This document shows positions 59,182 through 64,000 of a DNA stretch of 64,000 bases, one piece after another. Position 1 is the first letter of the stretch. The number at the start of each line of letters is the position of its first letter. This stretch comes from an uncultured delta proteobacterium (GTDB lineage Bacteria; Desulfobacterota; Binatia; UBA9968), in assembly GCA_963727625.1 (NCBI GenBank), contig CAVSHR010000004.1, positions 1,344,001 to 1,408,000 on the forward strand. Direction: 5' to 3'. The position numbers and the translations under genes are program-made. Below the pieces are notes generated by a model. That model had not been told where the DNA came from and did not search any database. It was given only the letters and a program-made list of their open reading frames with translations.

Positions 59182-60351
59182 TCATGAAGAATCCCAATAA
59201 CGCAGGTTGGGCGTCGCCGGCAGTTCGCCGACGGTGATCATGATTCCCTCATGGCAGCACGGGCAGCGCGAAAGATCGACGCCGGTGATCTTAAGCAGCA
59301 AGTCTTTGGCTGAAAGAACGGGGGATTGCGGCAACGCCGGATCGATTTCGAGCAGTTTACGGCACTGAGCCAGCACCTGTTTTTTGGATCGGTTAGCCAG
59401 AATGCCGAAGTGACGGATGCGCATGAAACCATCGGGCAGGACGTGGAGCAGGAAGCGGCGGATAAACTCTTGGGCCTCCAAGGTTATCGTTTTCTTGCGA
59501 TCGCCGTCTTTGCGATCCCGGTAGTTCAGAGTGACCTGGCCCTGATCGGTAGCGAGAATCCGATCGTTGGAGAGCGCTACCCGGTGGGTGTAGCGGCCCA
59601 GATAGTCGAGCACGGATTGTGGAGAGCCGAACGGCTTTTTGGCGTAGACGACCCAGTCCCTGTGGTACGGGAGCTGGATATGGTTGTCGAGGGGATCAAT
59701 TTTTCCTCGTCGACGAGCCCGTCCTAACAGGTCTAAGAACTTACCCCGAAACACCCGGCTCAGGGCCTTGACCGGAAACAGAAAGTTCTTACGTGCCGCG
59801 ATCCAACGATTTCGATCGATAGACAGAGCGCCAGCGGGAACCAGACAGTGCAGATGAAAATGATCCTTGAGGGTTTGGTCCCAGGTGTGCAGAACAGCAA
59901 TGACCCCCAGAGTTCCACCCAGACGGCTTTTACCGAAATCCAGCAACGTTTCGCTGACCGCTTTGAACAAAAGACTCAGGACGATTTTCTTATGAGCAAG
60001 AATCAGCCGGTTAAATTCATGGGGCAAGGTGAAAACCAGGTGGAAGTATCCCACCGGCAAAAGCTCAGAGGTTTGCTTCTCCAACCACTGGGCTTTGGCC
60101 AGCGACTGGCACTTGGGGCAGTGGCGGTTGCGACAGGAGTTGTAAGCCGGGCGCTCAAAGCCGCAGGCATCGCAGCGATCCAAGTGGCCGCCGAGTTCTT
60201 GAGTTCGGCAGACCGTCACAGCGCGGATCACCTTGTGCTCAGCAGCCGACACCCGATGGGTTTGCTCGAAGCGCGCCCCGTACTGACGAAAGATATCGGC
60301 CAACTCGGGGCGTGTTGTTTTCTCTCCTGCCGCCAGCTTGGCCAGCGACAT
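59182..60351 (-). CDS. IS91-family (Y2 HUH) transposase with Zn-binding domain
   Basis: CDACG..SCRNRHCPKC; HLVFTLP; HFHLH; YLGRY; RIRHFG. Confidence 0.93.
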   Translation of the reverse strand: MSLAKLAAGEKTTRPELADIFRQYGARFEQTHRVSAAEHKVIRAVTVCRTQELGGHLDRCDACGFERPAYNSCRNRHCPKCQSLAKAQWLEKQTSELLPVGYFHLVFTLPHEFNRLILAHKKIVLSLLFKAVSETLLDFGKSRLGGTLGVIAVLHTWDQTLKDHFHLHCLVPAGALSIDRNRWIAARKNFLFPVKALSRVFRGKFLDLLGRARRRGKIDPLDNHIQLPYHRDWVVYAKKPFGSPQSVLDYLGRYTHRVALSNDRILATDQGQVTLNYRDRKDGDRKKTITLEAQEFIRRFLLHVLPDGFMRIRHFGILANRSKKQVLAQCRKLLEIDPALPQSPVLSAKDLLLKITGVDLSRCPCCHEGIMITVGELPATPNLRYWDSS

Positions 60352-60363
60352 GGCGATTCCCCG

Positions 60364-61212
60364 TTAAAGCGGGGCGTCGCGCAGATCGAGCAAGTCCAGG
60401 GGACTGGCGGTGGCACCGAGCTTGGGCTGGCGAATCTGCAAATAGCGCTGGGTACTCTGAAGCGAGTTATGACCCAACAGCGTCTTGATGGTCACTAAGT
60501 CCACGCCACCTTCCAAAAGATGGGTGGCAAAACAATGTCGCAGCGTATGAATGCCTTTGCCTTTTTCAACCCCGCTTTTGTGCTTGGCGAGATTGTAGAC
60601 TTTCTGCGCGGCGGTGATGTGTAGGGGATCATTTCTGGTTTTACCAAAGAAGACCTACATCACGGGTTGATACGTTTGCTTGTATCTCTTCAGTTCCGCC
60701 AAAAGCCTCTTGGAGAGAATCGTGTAACGGTCCTTTTTCCCTTTGCCCTGTTCGACCCGGATCATCATCCGTTCGCAATCGATATCGCTGAGTTTGAGAT
60801 GGATTAGCTCCGTGACTCGCAGTCCGGCCGAGTATGCTGTCATCAGCAAACAGCGATCACGCAATTTGACGGCGGCTTGCAGCAATCGCTCGACCTCTCT
60901 GGGGCTTAACACTTCCGGTAAACGCCAGGTCCGTTTCCTTCGTGGCAAGAAGAACTGTTCTCGGCTCCATCCCAAAACTTGTTGATAGAAAAATCGGAGC
61001 GCCGAAATATTGACGTTCAGCGAACTACTCGACAAACCCCGCTCCTGCAAATGCAACAGATACGTCCGGATTTGGTCCTGGGTCAGCTGATCCGGGAACT
61101 GCCGATAATGCTTAGCTAACCCGACCATCGCGGCCAGGTAAGACTTCTGCGTCCTCGCCGCGAAGTTGCGCAGCTTCATCTCCGCAACCATCTTCTCTCG
61201 TAGTGCTCCCAT
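60364..61212 (-). pseudogene. Tyrosine recombinase with an in-frame TAG at 60655-60657
   Basis: GLRVTE, QGKGKKDR, then [26 protein letters not shown] in the same frame. Confidence 0.85.
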
Positions 61213-61669
61213 AAAAACCCTCCTGGATTTAAGATGGGAGCGACGCTATCACGCAAATTGTGAAGACTGGCAGTGGCCTGACTTGATGGGAACTAATGCG
61301 AAAAACAAATGCAGATCAGGGCAGAAAACTTCGCACGGTATCCGCCACCGCGCAGCGGTTTAGTTCAACATTTTTTGGCGAAGGCGGATTCACAGCCCAA
61401 AGAATTGTTGTGCATGCTCTTATTCCACCCACAAATAGACGCCTCGGATAGCCGCCTCTGACGCCACCCATTCTACTACGACAATCCGGCGCCAGGCATC
61501 CGTGCTCGACTCTAGCTGCCGGCGCTCATTCAGGAATTCTCGTCGGGATTTCTCGTCTTCCATATATATCCGGTCCCCGATATTCGTCCCGTCATCGTTA
61601 GGCACCTGGATTTTTAGCCCTGGAAGCTATGCTAAGTGAAGCTCCTTTTGGTTCCGGCGAAAGAACCCC

Positions 61670-62209
61670 ATGCACATACTAGTGGTCGAAGACGAAAAGA
61701 AGGTCGCAAGTTTCTTCAAACGCGGGCTTGAGGCGGCAAACTATTCTGTCGATGTGGAGCATGACGGCAAGGCCGGATTGAACCGAAAAATCGAAGGCGG
61801 ATTTGATCTGGTCATTCTCGATGTCATGCTGCCGACGCTCGACGGACTGAGCGTAATGAAGCAAATTCGCCTGCAACGGATCAGCGTGCCGATCCTTTTG
61901 CTCACCGCCCGGGTCACTGTAGCCGACCGGGTCAGCGGACTAGATCGAGGCGCGGATGATTATCTCACCAAGCCGTTTGCCTTTGAAGAACTGCTGGCGC
62001 GTGTGCGCGCGTTACTGCGGCGCGGAGGGCCGCTTGCGCCAACGGTGTTATCTGTGGCGGACTTGCGACTCGATCCGGTGACCCGTGAGGTTAACCGCGG
62101 CAATCGGCGCATCGAGCTGGCGCCCAAGGAGTTCGCCCTGCTTGAGTTTCTCCTCCGCCGGCACGAACAGATCCTCAGCGGCGCGCACTCAAAAACAGTC
62201 ATCAGATAG
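61670..62209 (+). pseudogene. OmpR-family (CusR/CzcR-like) response regulator, truncated in the winged helix
   Basis: ILVVEDE, LDVMLP, GADDYLTKPF, KEFALLEFL, then similarity ends; no cognate kinase follows. Confidence 0.75.
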
Positions 62210-62481
62210 CCCTATATCGCCCGTTGATCTGGGGCTTTTGAGGTCCGTCGATGACGAACTCATCTGGCAGGGACGGCAGTGTCTCACGTACAACCACCAC
62301 GAAAAGATCAGACCACCGTTGCCTCGGATGCCGTTGGTACATTCAGGAACACCGCCGATCCGGAAAGACTTTGAAATTGCAGAGCCTCTCATAAGGTGAG
62401 TCATCGCCTGTCAACCTTGCCTGGAAAACTAGGATTCGACTGCCTTGATTTGTCCGTCGGCTTCGAATAACTAGTTTCCCC

Positions 62482-62816
62482 ATGAATATACACGATTTAA
62501 CCGTTAACCAACTTAGGCGGGCAGCCGCAATCAAAGAACAACTCGAATCTTTGAATAAGGAGCTGCGAAATATCCTCGGCGATCAGGCAACTCCCGGTTG
62601 GCGACAAAGAATCACGGGCCCATGAGCGCTTCTACGAAAAGGAAAATCGCGGCGGCTCAGAGAGCACGCTGGGCAAGCTTGCGGCGGGCGAACCCAGCGA
62701 AGCGGTCAGTCAAGCCTACTGCCAAAAAAATGAAAATGAGCCCGGCGGCCAGAGCGAAATTGTCGGCCAAATTGAAGGCTTACTGGGCGGCGAAGAAAGC
62801 TGGGAAGAAGACCTGA
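62482..62816 (+). pseudogene. Basic histone/H-NS-like protein, frameshifted near 62600
   Basis: MNIHDLTVNQLRRAAAIKEQLESLNKEL.. then MSASTKRKIAAAQRARWA..MSPAARAKLSAKLKAYWAAKK. Confidence 0.6.
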
Positions 62817-63927
62817 ATCTTTTCGCTCCTGCTATCAACTCGAGTAAAAATTTGATTTTTATCTTTTGTCTGCATTGTTTGAATTTCCACGTACTCCCTA
62901 ATCATAATTCCCTCCGCAACCCGTGTAGCCCATGCGATTCCCGCGTGTCTCGATGGTCGGCCCCGGTCCCTTAATAACACCTATGGCGTCACCGGTTCCT
63001 GCAGAACTGCCTGACACTCACTGCAGCCCGGCACCTGCAAGCACTTCTCTAGTTCTGATTCTAGACGGCCCTCATACTTTTCCGCGACGGTTCGCGCATC
63101 TTTCGCGCGGTCGAGGCCGCAGTTTGCGACGCGATATCTTTGTTCAGTAAACTTGCGCGATGCCGGGGCCAATCCCCGAATCGCCGCCGGTGATGACGAT
63201 TACCGGTGAGATTCATCATGACGGGTTTCATTGTCGCGCATTGATTTTATCTCTCTCGGACAAGAGCTCGTCCATTTGATGGCCACGAAAAATTCCGCCA
63301 TAGCGCTAGGCGGTTCCGTTCCGATCTGCGCGACCCCGCCAAAGATGAAAAGCGTAATGCTGCGCACCGGAATTTTATATTGCAATGCCACCACCGAGTG
63401 GCCCTTTTCAGTGGTCCCCTTCGTTGATATCGGGTGGGTCCCTAAAGTGAAATCGAACACGTTGCCATATCTGGATCCAATCGCCCTCTTTTGAGGCTGA
63501 TTACCAATATTCTGAAAGTGCTACAGGTCTAGCTACGATGCAGTCAATGGTTTCCTACCCAACGCGTCCCACATTGCCTGAAGCCGTGGTCGGCCGGGTT
63601 TTTCATGAATACATAGATGATCCGTAGCGGCTTTGCCGTACAATCTAGTGCAATCCCCGCAACAGCATCGGATAGTTTTACAAATCCTTTGCGCCTGGCG
63701 TCGAGGGAGGAACATGACAGTCTATTACCTTCGCGATTAATGAATCGATCACAAAGTATTCTGTTCACCAATTAAAACGGGTCAGGATAGCATGCTCAAG
63801 ACTGTGCGACTTTTGTGCGATGCCAGTTAGCACACCCGTGCATTTAGGCACCGTTGGCCTTATTCCACATCTCGTAATTTCGGGTAGTTAACTGTTGTAG
63901 ACGCTTGGTAGTACTTACATTTTCGTC

Positions 63928-63951
63928 TTCAAATCCCGGCCCCGCAACCAA
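63928..63951 (+). repeat. att core copy 3
   Basis: Identical 24-mer TTCAAATCCCGGCCCCGCAACCAA. Confidence 0.95.
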
Positions 63952-64000
63952 CTTCGAAGGCCTCTCCTCAAGTTTCTCCAAACGGAAAAGTCCCGTCCTT

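Larger units (their letters stand above)
58927..61370 (-). mobile_element. IS91-family-like element with tyrosine recombinase and Y2 transposase
   Basis: Gene pair plus 13-bp near-perfect inverted ends TGTTGGACTAAAC (58927) and GTTTAGTTCAACA (61358-61370). Confidence 0.75.
17046..63951. mobile_element. About 47 kb genomic island between att copies 2 and 3 (integrase defective)
   Basis: Flanking 24-bp tRNA-end repeats; integrase remnant at the left end; accessory content and pseudogenes. Confidence 0.65.

Noticed and set aside
60364-61212. IntI-like recombinase (GKGKKDR motif) as the missing cassette integrase
   Set aside because: It is short, lacks the IntI insertion, is paired with an IS91-type transposase, has a nonsense codon and lies about 45 kb away.
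62932-63900. Short ORFs near the right end
   Set aside because: No recognisable motifs or consistent frame; probably degraded island DNA.

Overview
High-GC bacterial chromosome segment; the gene content looks deltaproteobacterial/Binatia-like (inference). Bases 1-11.5 kb are housekeeping genes: rng/rne (runs off the window), an HNH nuclease, smc, ftsY, an A-type Fe-S carrier, an MDR oxidoreductase, rsmD, coaD, an aminotransferase, a NUDIX hydrolase and an initiator tRNA-Met. The last 24 bp of the tRNA region occurs three times (11525, 17046, 63928) and delimits tandem integrated elements. Element 1 (about 5.5 kb) is the most interesting part of the window. It carries a phage-type tyrosine integrase whose C-terminus is read through the att site, two small DNA-binding regulators, an HUH rolling-circle Rep-like gene, and a three-cassette integron-type array with three attC sites but no IntI. 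Element 2 (about 47 kb, integrase reduced to a remnant) carries an NtrC-type two-component system, many small general-stress/envelope genes with sigma-54-like promoters, a Wzx/Wzy exopolysaccharide locus, an IS91-like transposase plus recombinase unit and several pseudogenes. A third element may begin at the right edge. All calls come from reading motifs by eye; no database searches were run.
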